Part shown: positions 49,141 through 61,856 of the stretch, piece after piece
Layout of the letters: every line of letters starts with the position of its first letter
Position numbering within the stretch: the stretch's first letter is position 1
Assembly (NCBI GenBank): GCA_051294375.1
Contig: JBJCIZ010000035.1
Location: forward strand, 62,001-126,000
Reading direction: 5' to 3'
DNA length: 64,000 bases
DNA from: Paraspadella gotoi
Taxonomy: Eukaryota > Animalia > Chaetognatha
The notes under the pieces: generated by a model
Database searches by the model: none
Seen by the model: only the letters and a program-made list of their open reading frames with translations
What the model was told of the DNA's origin: nothing
Position numbers and translations under genes: made by a program

Positions 49141-50399
49141 GTTCTGCCCATATTCTTCTTCTAATTATGTTGATATTGTTTAAAATTGTATTTATTTAAA
49201 TTTATTTCAACTTTTCCCCTGAAAAAAAATTTTTAAGAGAATATTTAACATATTTAAAAGAATTAAATTTATTTCAAATCTTTACTCCGAAAAAAATGTT
49301 TTTTTTTCTCTTCCCTTTTTAAATTTTAAACTTTTTTATTAAAATCTTTTTTCCTTTCTAATTTTTTAATTATTTAATTCTTTTCCTTTTCAAATTGTTT
49401 ATTCTCTTTCTTCTTTATTTTTCTTGTTTTATTGATGGCAGAAGTTTTTTGGAGATTGACTCTGAACACGTTCTTACGTTGTATGTTGTTGCTCACTTTT
49501 AAGACAAACTTTTTTACATTTAAAACTGCCTGGGGGCCAAGGGTATCCATACTCACGGCTCGCGACTTTTTCAAAATCTAAAAATCTTTTACTTTAAAAC
49601 TTAAATTTAAACTTATTTAATTTAATTTTAAAATAATTACCCTTGAAAAACTTAAACTTAAAAATAACTTAAAAAAAGTTTATACTTGAACTCGAACTTA
49701 AATTTAAACTTGAATTTAAACTTGAATTAAAAACCTTGGTAAACTTGAATTAAAATTAAATTAAAATTAAGACTCTTGACTGACGAGATGAACTGATCAA
49801 TTACATGTTAATCATGTAAACAAATTTAATATACTATCTAAATAAATATGCATGTTGAATAACATGCAAACGAAATATAAACTATCTAAATTTTTACATG
49901 CTTTGGAGCATGTAAACAAACGATTTAATCTAATCTACACAATCTCAAAACACGCTAAATTCACTTAATACTATCTAACACTAAGCGGCGTGGATGTCGA
50001 CGTTGTCGTCCGACGCGTCAGCGGCGGCGTCGCATTCAACGCGCTGAAGATTGCAGCTCTAAAAGGGATTATTGTTTATGGAAATATTATTTTGTGAAAT
50101 AAAAATATCTCTTGATAATGGATTGTAATTCTTTTGAGACTACATCGCCAGTGATTGACGGCGGTGGAGTGACGCGGAGACGGCGGCGGCGAAACCAAGG
50201 GTGGCGCCGGAATCTGGTCGCCCGCGATGGCGGACAGACGGTGCTGCGCGGTCTGCGCGCGTGCTGCCTCGACTCCTGCAGCTGCATTGGCTGCCTGCAA
50301 CGTGGCGAAATTGGCGTTGGCGGCGCCGGCGTTTGAGGATTTTCTGAACTGTTTTTTCCAAAATATTTTTAAATTTTTTTTTTTTATTTAATGTTGAAT

Positions 50400-50935
50400 T
50401 TAAAAGTTGAAGTCTTGAAACTGAATCAACTTTGGATGAGATTGTAAAAACCTACTCATTCGGAAGATGAGGCTAATGGTGAGGGCGACGGTGAGGCCGA
50501 GGATGACTCCGGCGGAAAAGCCGCGGATAAAGGTGTCGTTGTTCGTCGACGTGGGCCCTGGAAGGTGCGTTGGCGGAGCGACGTGCTCGTCGTAGTTATT
50601 TTTTAAGGTGGTTGTCTCCACCCCCGCCCGTGAATCGGACCCGGTGGGCCGATCCATTGTTGGCGGCGGTATGAGGCCGCAAGTTGGCGGCGGCGTTGGC
50701 GGCGGTCTGCCCCGCAAGCGGTGGCGGAGACGCATGCTTGGCGTCGACGATGTTATTGTCAAATCAAAAGGCTTTCTAGGGGCAGATTCGGAAGCGGCTC
50801 AGTCATGCTGTAACTTGGTGTGGTCCTTCACTGGGTGTGCATTGGCCATGTATGCAGGTGCGGGACACATGCAGGTGTATGAGCTGAGTTGGGTTTGTAA
50901 GCCCTTGGGCAGGGTGCCACGGGATTGGACGCCCG
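50400..50935 (-). pseudogene. Putative antisense membrane protein (EGF-like, Pro/Thr stalk, TM), frameshifted
   Basis: ORF 50400-50762 has a P/T-rich stalk and hydrophobic FSAGVILGLTVALTISLIF; upstream frames read RGT/C...SYTCMCPAPAY/GQCT. Confidence 0.4.
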
Positions 50936-50994
50936 TCTTCTAATATCTGAGGTATTTGTGTGGCAGTAGGGGTAACCATAGTTCAAAATGCAAA

Positions 50995-51152
50995 AGAGTT
51001 TGGCGGTCTACAAAAATTGCCTCGAGTTGAGCGAACTCGGAAAACGGAGTTTTCATAAAATCGCAAAAACCGACAAGAGTTCGGCGATCTACAAAAATCG
51101 CCTCGAGTTTAGCGTACTCGGAAAACAGAGTTTTCATAAAAACGCAAAACAT
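50995..51152. repeat. Two 81-bp tandem units
   Basis: AGAGTT...TCATAAAA at 50995 and 51076; reads as a 27-aa repeat in ORF 50940-51152(-). Confidence 0.9.
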
Positions 51153-52262
51153 TAAAATGTTTAGATGGCTGGGTGAGTTCCACTAGTTGAATTGCGAATT
51201 GGCGATAAATCAGGCTGGGTGAACGTCTTTGGGATCCGTGGTCCTACAACTGAAAACTGGGTGAACTTAGCAGGAAGCGGTTTGCAGGTTTTGTTGTGAG
51301 CGCAGCGGTGAACGGTTTGCAGGCCGTGAGGAAGCCAAAGAGCTTGGAGTGGCTCGCAGGTCTTTTTGCTGGCAGTGACCAGTTTAAGTCCACACCTCTT
51401 TTCACCTTTCCCCGCGGAAGCTGGATGTTTGGATGATCCAGACAACAGCGGTCAGAGCGCTCGCTCAAATAAGAATAACCGGTTTGACCTAATTTGGAGC
51501 CGGGTTGACCTTTCACTTAAAATAATTCTAATCCAAGTTGCAGTCAACTTACCATCGCGGTTAAAACGAAACAAAAGGGAAATTAACGGGAATAAGTCCT
51601 GGGGCCAGGTCGTAAGGAAGGGATCTGTTCTCTTGCTTTTATTCTTCTATTTTTTCATTTCATTTGTCGTTGTCGTCGTCGTCGTTGTCGCGAAAATTTG
51701 TTTGCTGATCATGTGACTTTACAGAAGCAAAACTATTTTATCCGACTTGTGACCACGTCAGCGCCAATCTCTTGTTGTTGTTTCAGTTGATATTATTGTA
51801 GCAATAAATTTTAACAGTTAGTTATTTGAGTTTAAGAAATATCTCCCCTCGTTCACAGGCCACCATTTACTTTGGCATTTTGGGCCTCGCTTGCCAAGGT
51901 CTTGCATGGCAGGTGCGACATTTGCCTGGAACAGGTCATTGGGAGTGGCTGGAACGGACAGCTTCCTTATTTCATTGGATGTAAAGCCGCCAGTTATTTC
52001 TGACTTTCTGGTGTCTTACCAAAACGCCGATGATCATGAAGGGGAAATTGCCTGGCAAAACTAGAAAAACGTCTAAATTTTACTTTAAATCTACTGGATA
52101 ACGAGCTGAACGGCTGAGCATTGAGATGAGCGATGTGAATTACTATCTGCAGAACATTCACGAGTTTGACAAAAGGGCAATCTCTGCAGGAACGATTGCT
52201 GTTTTGTTTGGTCTGGTGAATGCGTTTGCAACGGGAATGCACATTGTTAATACCAAGTTCAA

Positions 52263-53448
52263 ATGACAAACATGCAAAGCCGTATCAATCTGATTGGTAA
52301 CTATATCGAAAAACTTTATCATAATGAAGTTCAGTTACATAACAAAGCTAAATATCTCTATGATGAACAAACACTGCTTGGTTATCACTCGGATCTGATT
52401 GTAAAGCATTTAAATCTGGTAAAGAGTGTGCATGCGTGTGAGCTGCTTGAGTTGGGCGGAACTGTGATAGCGGAAAGAGTACTTGATGGAAACGCGATTC
52501 GGAGCGCTGTATATGACCATAAGCTGACTTTTAGGCTACTTAATTACCAACACTTGAGTGACTTGACGATGGATGATGCATTCACGGGGACCATCTACCA
52601 AGTAAACCCTACCCAACTTTACGATTATGCCTGACTTGACATGGTTTCTTACAATAATGGATTCTTAATTCTTTTGTGTACTTATCCAAAAATTACCGAT
52701 CATTTTATTTTTAATGTTTACCACTTAGTTCAAAGTCCGTATGAAATTATTTTTCAAGAATCCAACCCTAATAGAAAATTTGAATTTCTTTCGGAGACCA
52801 ACGTTACGATTAATTCCGTTAGTTCTGAAAACACTGTTTTATTCTCATCCAAAGATTGTATCAGAAATGCACAATTTATGGCTTGTCCAGCGGGACATAT
52901 TTTATTAAGCTCTACACAACGTTGTATAAAATCTATATTTTTCAATGAAACTAATTGTAAGATGTTACGTAAAAAGAGTAGAAAATATTTTCTTAATCAA
53001 CAAAGTGATTATGCATTGATTAATTTTGATCGGACTTACAGAATCATGAATCCTACTGATGAATTTTCGAATCCTAAGGTATCAGAGCATATTGAGGCCA
53101 AACGTAGCTGCGCACTAATTCCCAAAGACAATCGTGTAAAACTTATCTCGGAAAACGGCGTCTGTCTAATATTTTTTCAAATCTGCCTCAGTTTCAATTA
53201 TCCCGTACGAAAAACTTAAAACCATGGCATTTTTCATTTGTACACAATCTTGTTTTGCCTGACAATATTAAGAGAACAGCTTTATTCCAACAGACATGGA
53301 ATCTGTATATGATCTGTCAGAGAAACACCTGCTTGACCCAACCGAGATATTATACATATTGGTAGCCGTAATTGTTTTCATGCTTTTGACATTTGTTATT
53401 GCCATTGCATTGTGTGTTACATCAAATGTATTAAACCATTGCGTGTGA
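52263..53448 (+). pseudogene. env: Env-like (baculovirus F / errantivirus-type) glycoprotein
   Basis: ORFs 52263-52634 and 52641-53219 share a frame separated by one TGA; heptad-like segment, YHLVQSP, spaced Cys cluster, N-glycosylation sequons, then a frameshifted TM ILVAVIVFMLLTFVIAIALCV; downstream of and co-oriented with pol; followed by AGGGGG. Confidence 0.65.
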
Positions 53449-53546
53449 GAGCTTGAGCTGTACTCCCGGAGGCTTAGAGCGTTGCGTCAGGGGGCCATAT
53501 AGTTTGAAGTGACATTTGTTTAGACTTACCTTTGGAGCCCCTCAGT

Positions 53547-53605
53547 CAGTGATAGTGCCCTCTTGTGGTAGTGGGCACGAAACTTACCCCATGTGGTAAT
53601 TAGAA
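53547..53605 (+). ncRNA. Degenerate hammerhead-like motif
   Basis: GTGATA-GTGCCC...GGGCAC-GAAA-CTTACC...GGTAA-TTA; stems II and III are clear, core and stem I are imperfect. Confidence 0.45.
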
Positions 53606-54089
53606 GCCAGATTTTGGACCCACGCTATGAAGCCCCCTCCTTCCTTTGTTCTCTCTGGGCTTCCTCTCTACCTCGTGCTCTTCTTCTCTCATTCCCTCTC
53701 TCCTCTCTCTACCCTCTGCTCCTGCTTCTCACGCGGGTATTAGATTTTAACTCCTGCTTCCATTTTTTAACATCAATCTGGAATTTAAAGGTAAATACCC
53801 ACGCGTAACTCGGTCATGTATTAATTAATTATTTTAGATAACTACACATTAAACTAGGTTGATTAGTTTTATTTAATAAATATCTCTAACCAATTTGCTT
53901 GGTTAATTATTAAAAGCAGACCTTAATAAAATAATCAAAGCATATAGATATTTACAAGTTAAAAATGAAGTTCTTCATCCATATAATTGGCTACTCGCCC
54001 TGATGGCTGGATCCTGATTGCAGCTATTCGGGGTTCCAGCCTACAATGTCTTACTGTATTTTGAACTCATAGAAATGTAACTGAACAGC

Positions 54090-55065
54090 TAGGGCGTTGA
54101 AAAATAACAAAATATAACAAATCAAGTGAGGTACATAGCTATTTAGTGTAATAAAGTCTGTAGAATTCGATGATGATCACCATTTTTTTGTATAGTCTCA
54201 TCTTCCTTTGTCGGAAATGGCGATTTTTTAGCATATAAGGTACTATTAAAATGAAGAAAACATTGTAGAGTATAAGAACTCAAATTATTAAGATTTTTAT
54301 AAAGCCATATTTAACTTACATAATATGAAAATAAAGACCCATATTAAATATTTTGGTAAGTTTATTTACAAATTTTATATTTTATTAATAGTTTGTTAGC
54401 TATATTATTAATAAATAATAAAAAATAAGCTAAAGTAAAAAATAAAAAAATAAAAATTTTAAAACCGGATTTGAATTCCTTACAAAAAGTTGATATAAGA
54501 AAGTATAATCTATTTTTAAATAATTCTTTCATTAAGTAGGTTAAAAATATTGAAATATTTTTGTTTACTTTTTCAATTTTTGGTTTAAAATTATAGTTTT
54601 TCTAAATTTTGACCAACTTAATGACATAATTTTGATATAAAAATTATATTTTCTTATATCAACTTTTTGCAAAGAATGCAAATCCATGAAAAAAATCTTG
54701 AAATTATTATTTTTTAACTTTAACCTAATTTTTACTCATAATTATTAATAAATATAGTTAACTAACTTTTTATAAAACATATAATTTAGAAATAAACTTA
54801 CCAAAATATTTTTATAAGTCTTTATTTTTATATTTCAAAAGCTCATATAAATTTTATAAAATTTTAATAATTTGATTTATCATAACTTATAATGGTTTTG
54901 TATTTTATAACAATTTTATATACATTAAAAACCGTCATTTCCGACAAGAAAGCTAAAATTATACAAAAAAATGGTCATCACCATGGAATTCTACAGACTA
55001 CATTACACTAAAATAGCTATGTACCTCACTTGATTTGTTATATTTTATTATTTTTCAACGCTCTA
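54090..55065. mobile_element. Foldback MITE with long imperfect arms
   Basis: TAGGGCGTTGAAAAATAA...TTATTTTTCAACGCTCTA; CTGAACAG on both sides (one extra base on the left). Confidence 0.88.
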
Positions 55066-55389
55066 CTGAACAGTACTATGTAATATGAATGAGATAACAA
55101 TAGCAAACTGCTTTTTTAAATAAAGAAAGCTTCATACTAATAATCAGTGAAATCAAAAGATATAATAATTATTTAAGTTCTGAAAACATTGTCTAAAAGA
55201 ATAATTGTACATGGAGCAATTTATTTATTTGAATTCTTTCATTTATTTTAATTAAATAAATTTAAATTTAATTCATTCATTCAATTAATTTCATTCAATT
55301 AATTTCATTCAACTCATTTCATTAAATTTATTTTATTCATTTCATTTTATTGATTCATTATATTTTTTAAACGTTTTCCCATCAATGAT

Positions 55390-55575
55390 TCCTTATCATC
55401 GCATCAATAATTTGTCATCATCACATCAATAATTGGTTAATGGTTATTATTGCATTAATAATTGGTTATCATCGTATCAATAATTGGTTATCATTGCATC
55501 AATTTCGTTATCGCATCAATAATTCGTTATCATCGCATCAATAACTAATTATTATTGCATCAATAATCATTAATC
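55390..55575. repeat. ~23-bp minisatellite CATCAATAATTGGTTATCAT
   Basis: Direct tandem units. Confidence 0.8.
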
Positions 55576-55849
55576 AATTACTATCATTTGGTTTTTTTTT
55601 CTCGAATTTTTTCATAATTTTCTTTGATAATAACGTCTGGCGAGATCACTATACTTTAAGATTTCTTCGATTGCTTCTAGTCTTTTAAGAATATTTCCTA
55701 GCATTTTGAATGTGCATTTCCAGTGTCACCTTCATGACTGCATGAATAATGGATTCAATTTCAAACTTTAAACGAAATTGAATTGTTTAAACGGAAGAGC
55801 GTTTACATAAATGGACGTAAGAATGTAAGAAATTATCAAGACCCAGACG

Positions 55850-55919
55850 ATGGACTACGAGTTTAAAACACGATTAGCAGCGGAAAGGCAAAAAGTGGAA
55901 GAAGAATTTGATTATGAAG
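55850..55919 (+). CDS. CDK8: CDK8 (Mediator kinase) coding exon 1
   Basis: MDYEFKTRLAAERQKVEEEFDYE(G) matches the CDK8/19 N-terminus; 66-nt GT-AG intron at 55920-55985. Confidence 0.95.
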
Positions 55920-55985
55920 GTAAAACTCGTTTGAAAAAAGAAACTAAAGGTTTAAAATAAAATTTGAGAAAGAAAATTATCTCAG

Positions 55986-56191
55986 GTTGCAAAGTGGGGC
56001 GAGGGACTTATGGCCACGTGTACAAGGCGAAGCGAAAGGGCGCCAACGACGGGAAGGAATATGCACTAAAGCAGATTGAGGGCTCAGGCATTTCCATGTC
56101 GGCCTGCCGCGAGATCGCGCTCCTCAGGGAACTTAAGCACCACAACGTGATCAACCTGCAGAAGGTTTTCCTTTCTCATGGAGATAGAAAG
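55986..56191 (+). CDS. CDK8: CDK8 coding exon 2
   Basis: [14 protein letters not shown]...[27 protein letters not shown]...LSHGDRK with the diagnostic SMSACRE helix; GT donor at 56192; next exon not seen in the window. Confidence 0.97.
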
Positions 56192-57914
56192 GTTTGAAAT
56201 ATTACTACACCACTATAGAGTTATAATTCGGATTTGCCGGGCCCTGTGTACTTGTGTGTACCAATACCAAAAAATAAAGCTCTTTATCAAATTTTAAAAA
56301 ACAGTACAAAACCATTACTTCATTTAGTTTTTTTGGTGGCTCACCTTGCGAACTAAAAATGCTGCTAGGAAAAGTTTTGGCAGCTTTTTCAAGTTTACAC
56401 CAGCCACTTATTCATTTTTATCGTCGCAATCGCTAAGCGTTTGCGACGATATTGTAACGCTTTTGCGCATAAGTGGCGTCGTCGTCGTCGTTCCAAATTA
56501 TAGATCGCCTTTTTTATGATGTATGAAGCTAAAAATTTATATACAGCTTCGCATCATCGATGTGCTTAAAATTGAGTCTGGACAGTTATTAAATATGTTT
56601 TGTTTACGTTTTATCAAAACAAACAAATTTTCTCTTTTTTATTTTTATATTTTTTTCTCTCTCTCTTTTCTCTTTTAATTACATGTCTCTCTCCCTTTAT
56701 CTTTTCCCTAGTCACTGATTCATAGAGAAAGGGAAAAAACGAGTCTGCAGCTGGCTCTGCAGTAGACACATTTGAATCCGACAATGTTTTAAATAAACAA
56801 CCAGTCTGGGTGTCATTCTGTTCGTTTTTCCAAGCTCTTTTAAACTAAAAAAGTTTTATTTAAAAAAAAAACTTTTTCGCCCAAGCCAGGGGTGTTAAAA
56901 AGCCAAAAAATGAAATTTCGCCTTTTATAAGTATTTTTTAGCGCTTGTTCAGTTAAAGTTTTATAAGCTATAATTATTATAATCCAGTTTAATTTACTAA
57001 TGATACTGCTTTTAATTTATCATATTTTAACTATTTCTAAAACATTCATTCACAAAAAATATTAGTTTAGGGCTTAAGCCGAGGGTATTAAGGCCAGGGA
57101 TCACTCAACCTAAAATTGTAGAAATCTCAATTTACTGTATCTAATCATTTTCTTGCATCCTGTAAGAGATTTTCCATTAAAAAAATAATCGAAAACTTTT
57201 AAAATCTACCTAAAATGTGTTCATAAAATTTTAACAAATTTTTTTTCTCGGTTAAACTAGATTTTAAAGAGAGAAAAATATTTTTTTAAAGGTAAGCTAA
57301 AATTTTTAACTTAAAACTGATTCTTTACAGTAAGTTCATTTCTACTTCTTATATTTAAATTCTTCTTTTGATGCAAAGTACGTACTTGAAGTTGATCACT
57401 AATAAGTCTAAAATAAACTACTCTACACATTTTCCAGACGGTTTTTATGGTTTTATGAGTTTATTAGTTAAAAAATTTTATCTAATTTCAATTTGGCTTT
57501 TTACTTATGTAAATGCTTATTAGACCTTGCATATATGAAAAGTTTTGAAATCAAAAACGAGTATTGTGTAAAAGGTGCCCTCATACATCATATGAATTTT
57601 TTGAACTAATTTTTCAAAAAAAAATTTACAGTAAATTGCTCGCCAACTTTGAAAAAAAAACTGAAAAAAAATTCGTTAAAAAATGACTTTTTGCTAAATA
57701 TTCTTTAAAAGCTTTATTGCTAGCAGGACTGAAAACCCAAACTATCTTGTAGAGTGGAAAAATGACTATGTTACATACCTCGCATTATAAATTAAGTTAG
57801 TTTTTTTACTAAGGAAAATTTTTTTAAAACCTATTGTTTTGGGTCAATTTTGATAAATATTTTTAAAAATGATATTATAACAATGTTTCGTGAAATTTTG
57901 TAAAAAAATTTATG

Positions 57915-59210
57915 GCGAATTGAATAAAGAAATAATTGCCTTTGTTTTGCTTGAAAGAATTTTTTTTAAAAAAGGACTTATTTCGGTTAAAAAGTTATAA
58001 TTTTTAAAATTTAAAAAAAATCTCACTTTTCTTAATAATTATTTTTTATTTAATAGGTTTGAAACTTAGGCCTAAGGGGAAAAAAAGGAATGCACTTTTC
58101 TTCAGAGTAATATAAAAAAATAGTAAATTCTGATTTGAAAGGGTAACTTTAAATTTTTGTCTCACCAGTCGATTAATTTTTTTTTAAATTGTTTAACAAT
58201 TTTTATAATGGAATTATGACTTTTTAATAAGGTAGTTTTTTGAATTTTTTTATCTATTAATAGAAAAAGAAAATCACAAAAGGCGATAGAATTTAATTAA
58301 AAATTGATGCAAAATTGAGCACAAAAAAAAGCAACTGAGAAGAAGGTTGTGCTGCTTCTGATTACCGATCGAGAAAAAAAAAGTCATCATCTAGAGTGCC
58401 AAAGAAAAAAATAGTTATTCTAATTTTTTTCATAAATACCTTGTCAAGCTAGTTCTTCCAAACTGAGTTGAATTATAATTTGTTGTTAAATATATTGCTA
58501 ATCAAAAGTGGAAAAGACTTGGAAAAATATATTAAGCTTGCTTGATAAATTTAAGAATAGATCCAACTTGTTGATAAATTCATCAACATAAAAGTATGAA
58601 ATTAATAAAAATCAAATGAATTAAAAATTTTATTTTAAAACTAAATCGACTATTTCAATAGACTTAATTATTAACTTTAAATCATGAATAGATACAAAAA
58701 AAACAGAATAACTAGTTTTCTTTCTTTGGCTACAAAACCTTTTTTTCTCGACCGGCAAGCAGCAAGCAACTCTTTTCTCAGTTATTTAACTTCATTAATT
58801 TTACTCTTTTTGTCTCATTTTATCAATTTAATCATCTAATCGCTTTTTGTCAATTTTTCTTTTTCTTTTATATAGGAAAAATTAAAAAACTACCTTATTT
58901 AAAAGTCATAATCCATTATAAAATGTTAAAAATTAAAAAAAAACTTTAATGATCCTGGTAAGAAAAATATTAAAGTTACCCATTTGTCAATTCAGAATTT
59001 ACTATTTTTTATTTACTCTGAAAAAAGTGCATTCCCTTTTTCCCTTTAGGCTAGTTCAAACCTATTAAATTAAAATAATTATTAAGAAAATATGATTTTT
59101 TTTTATATTTTTAAAAAAAATAACTTTTTAAACCAATAATCCTTTTTTTAAAAATTCTTCTTCAGCAAAAACAAAGGCAATTATTTTCTTTATTCCCCAA
59201 TTTCCGCCCC
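57915..59210. repeat. ~1.3-kb imperfect palindrome
   Basis: Arms pair block by block (e.g. 58083-58110 with 59012-59040; ~58340-58420 with ~58705-58785); no TSD identified. Confidence 0.8.
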
Positions 59211-61817
59211 CAATAATATCGTCTTATGCGCCCAAAATCATCTTTTCAATTCCCACCTCTTATTCTCACGCCGTCGATATATTCGTTACGTTACAATAAT
59301 AAGAGTAAATATAAAAGTCATGGGGCAATAAAAAATACACAAATTTTGGATTTCTTAGGTTTGGTAATCTTGCATTCTCTCTGGCCGTGTCCGGCCTGTA
59401 CCCTCTCCTTTCTCATTTTATTTCCTTATTATCCTCTCTTCTAACTCATTACTAAATGTATTTAATATCAAGTTAATGATAATTGAAACATATATAGTGT
59501 TTATTCTTATAATGAATTCGACTCTGACCCCGCACGCCTAACAAGCGAGTTCTTTTCGCTTGTTAGTACTCTCTCCTTTGCTAACAACCAAACCCCATCC
59601 TTGCCAAAGCCAGATGTACCAGTCCATGGGTCCTTTGTTCTGTCTTTTTTCTCGATATTTTTACAAATCATAAAAATTGACCAAACATATAAGGTGTTAT
59701 TTACAAAGGAACAATTCTCCTCACGCTATGCAGTTCACCAAAAACTACCTTATAATTATCTTCGCCCGTGGGATTGAAACATAATTAATTGAAGGGAGTA
59801 GCACCCTAGTCCAACTTTCCGATAATTAGAATCCTGTTTCTTTTCTACTTATCCTCGTTGGTTAGTTTTACAATAATGTCCCCATTTTTTGTGACGACTC
59901 CAGTAACAGGATTTCAAAGGTTTTATGCAACGTCTCTCCGTCCACCAGTCCTTCGTCCGGACCCGCTCTCTTAGCAGATATATATCATAGCCTTTCTCAT
60001 ATAACCCACTTATCTTTAGCAAAAACGTCCATTTTTATGATTTTTCTCTCTTTTTTTTCAACGCTTCCCAGTCGGGCCAGCAGGGCATTTTACTGCTAAA
60101 ATTTTTTTTTTTGTAAAAATAAACAATTGAGTTTTCCAAAATAAATATTCATATTGTCCTTTACGGTGTCCCAGATAAACTCTATCTTGTTCTTCTGTGC
60201 TAATCTCTTTAAGTACACCAAATATACTGTTTAGTTTCTTTTTGCATTCCTACTTTCCAAATCTTTTCATCTATTTTTATGGCTTCCTAAGGTTTCCTAA
60301 TCTGCGTTGACACTTATATTCATAAATATAGTTGACCCCATTTCTAGTTTGTCGCGCGGCGACATATCTACTTATGAAGAATCACAAAATCAAATTGTCT
60401 GCGGCAACCTTTTAAAAAAAAATTACTAAAACAGCTCAACCCGGTTTCTTTTCAAGATTGACTCCGCCGGTTGACACAAACCGTCCTATCACTCCTTTTG
60501 TGCTCTTCCATGCTGTTTACCTTTCGTCGATGTGTTTCCATTCTTGCTCTTTTGTATGTTTTTAAGTAGTAAATGTGATGTTACGGAATTCTAATCTTCT
60601 TCCTTTGATCCAATGAATCTGTGTTTGAATTAACTTTATATTGCACGCCCATCCATAAAGCCCGTGGGAGACTTAATCTCGAGAAATAAATATCTAGGGC
60701 AAGAAACAGAAAGGTGGTGGGAGATTCTAATAGAGCGACTTGGTTTTTTTGAACAATACGTTTTGTTTTCAAAAGATAAAGTAGGAATTACATCTCGACA
60801 TAATTGACTATATAATAATCTAATGTTTCTATGAAGCGATAGGTAAAGCAAATTTTGAAAAGTATCTTTATCATAGAATTGGGAGTTTGGTCACCGCTAT
60901 AAGCGGTGACTCTATATGGGTAATATTTTTTGCCTGATTAACTGAGCAAAGTGGTTTCTGAAATTGCCTAGGTAAAGAAAGTGATTTTCTTAATTAATAT
61001 AGGCAATTTCTGAATCAAAATTTTTGTCTTATATTATTTTTAAAGATAAAAAACATATATTTTCTTTTATTGTTTTAATTTCGTTATCAACTATATTTGT
61101 AATTTGTCATTACTATATTTTAAGCCCATAAATACTTTTCCCAGATGGTATGAAATATGATTATCAATAGTAGCATGGCATTAAGTCTGTAATCTACTTG
61201 GCTACTACCAGAACCAGAACCAATAAAATTATTAGGGAAGATTAATTCATTGATATTAATTAATTAATTCATGAATTAACAGATAATAAAGAAATTAGTA
61301 ATAACAATGAGGATGTATACATTTAAAGAGATTTGCAATGTACGTAATTCAGTTGTATCCTGATATGATTGACAAGATTAAAACCTCGATCAAAGATGAT
61401 GTAACAATGTACTCAAGACTCAAGTCGCCCAAAAATATTTTGTATCTTATTAAGAATGGCAAAGCTTACTAGAATTCTTTGCAGAATATGATATGGATTA
61501 CTCAATACCTCCCAAGCTGATTATATTTAAAAAATTCGAGCTCAATATAGAAAGTAAATATCCTATTGATATAATTTTCAAATATTGTATAAGATGTATA
61601 ATGTATTGATCTAATTGTTGACCTCTGCATCTCTCTCTCTCTCTCTCTCTGCCAAATTTCAATTTCTTTTCCTCACCACCTTCTTTCTCTCTCCTCAAAC
61701 TTACCCTGTCCTCAAAACTGACCACTGTCATTTTTTTAATTCTTTGTTGGAAACATTTATTTCCCTTTCTCTCTCTCTCTTTCCCTCCATCCCTTTCACT
61801 ATCAAAACTAAATAAGC

Positions 61818-61856
61818 ACTGATAAAGACTTGCAAATTAAGTCGAAACATGTATGT
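61818..61856 (+). ncRNA. Penelope-type minimal hammerhead (mutated core)
   Basis: CTGATAA-AGACTT...AAGTC-GAAA-CATGTA followed by AATAAA. Confidence 0.6.

Noticed and set aside
49779-49812. CTGACGA-GAT...ATC...ACATGT hammerhead candidate
   Set aside because: Lacks GAAA; stem II is only 3 bp.
59220-61600. Possible degenerate Penelope RT/endonuclease upstream of the 61818 hammerhead
   Set aside because: No convincing RT or GIY-YIG motif could be read; too noisy to call.
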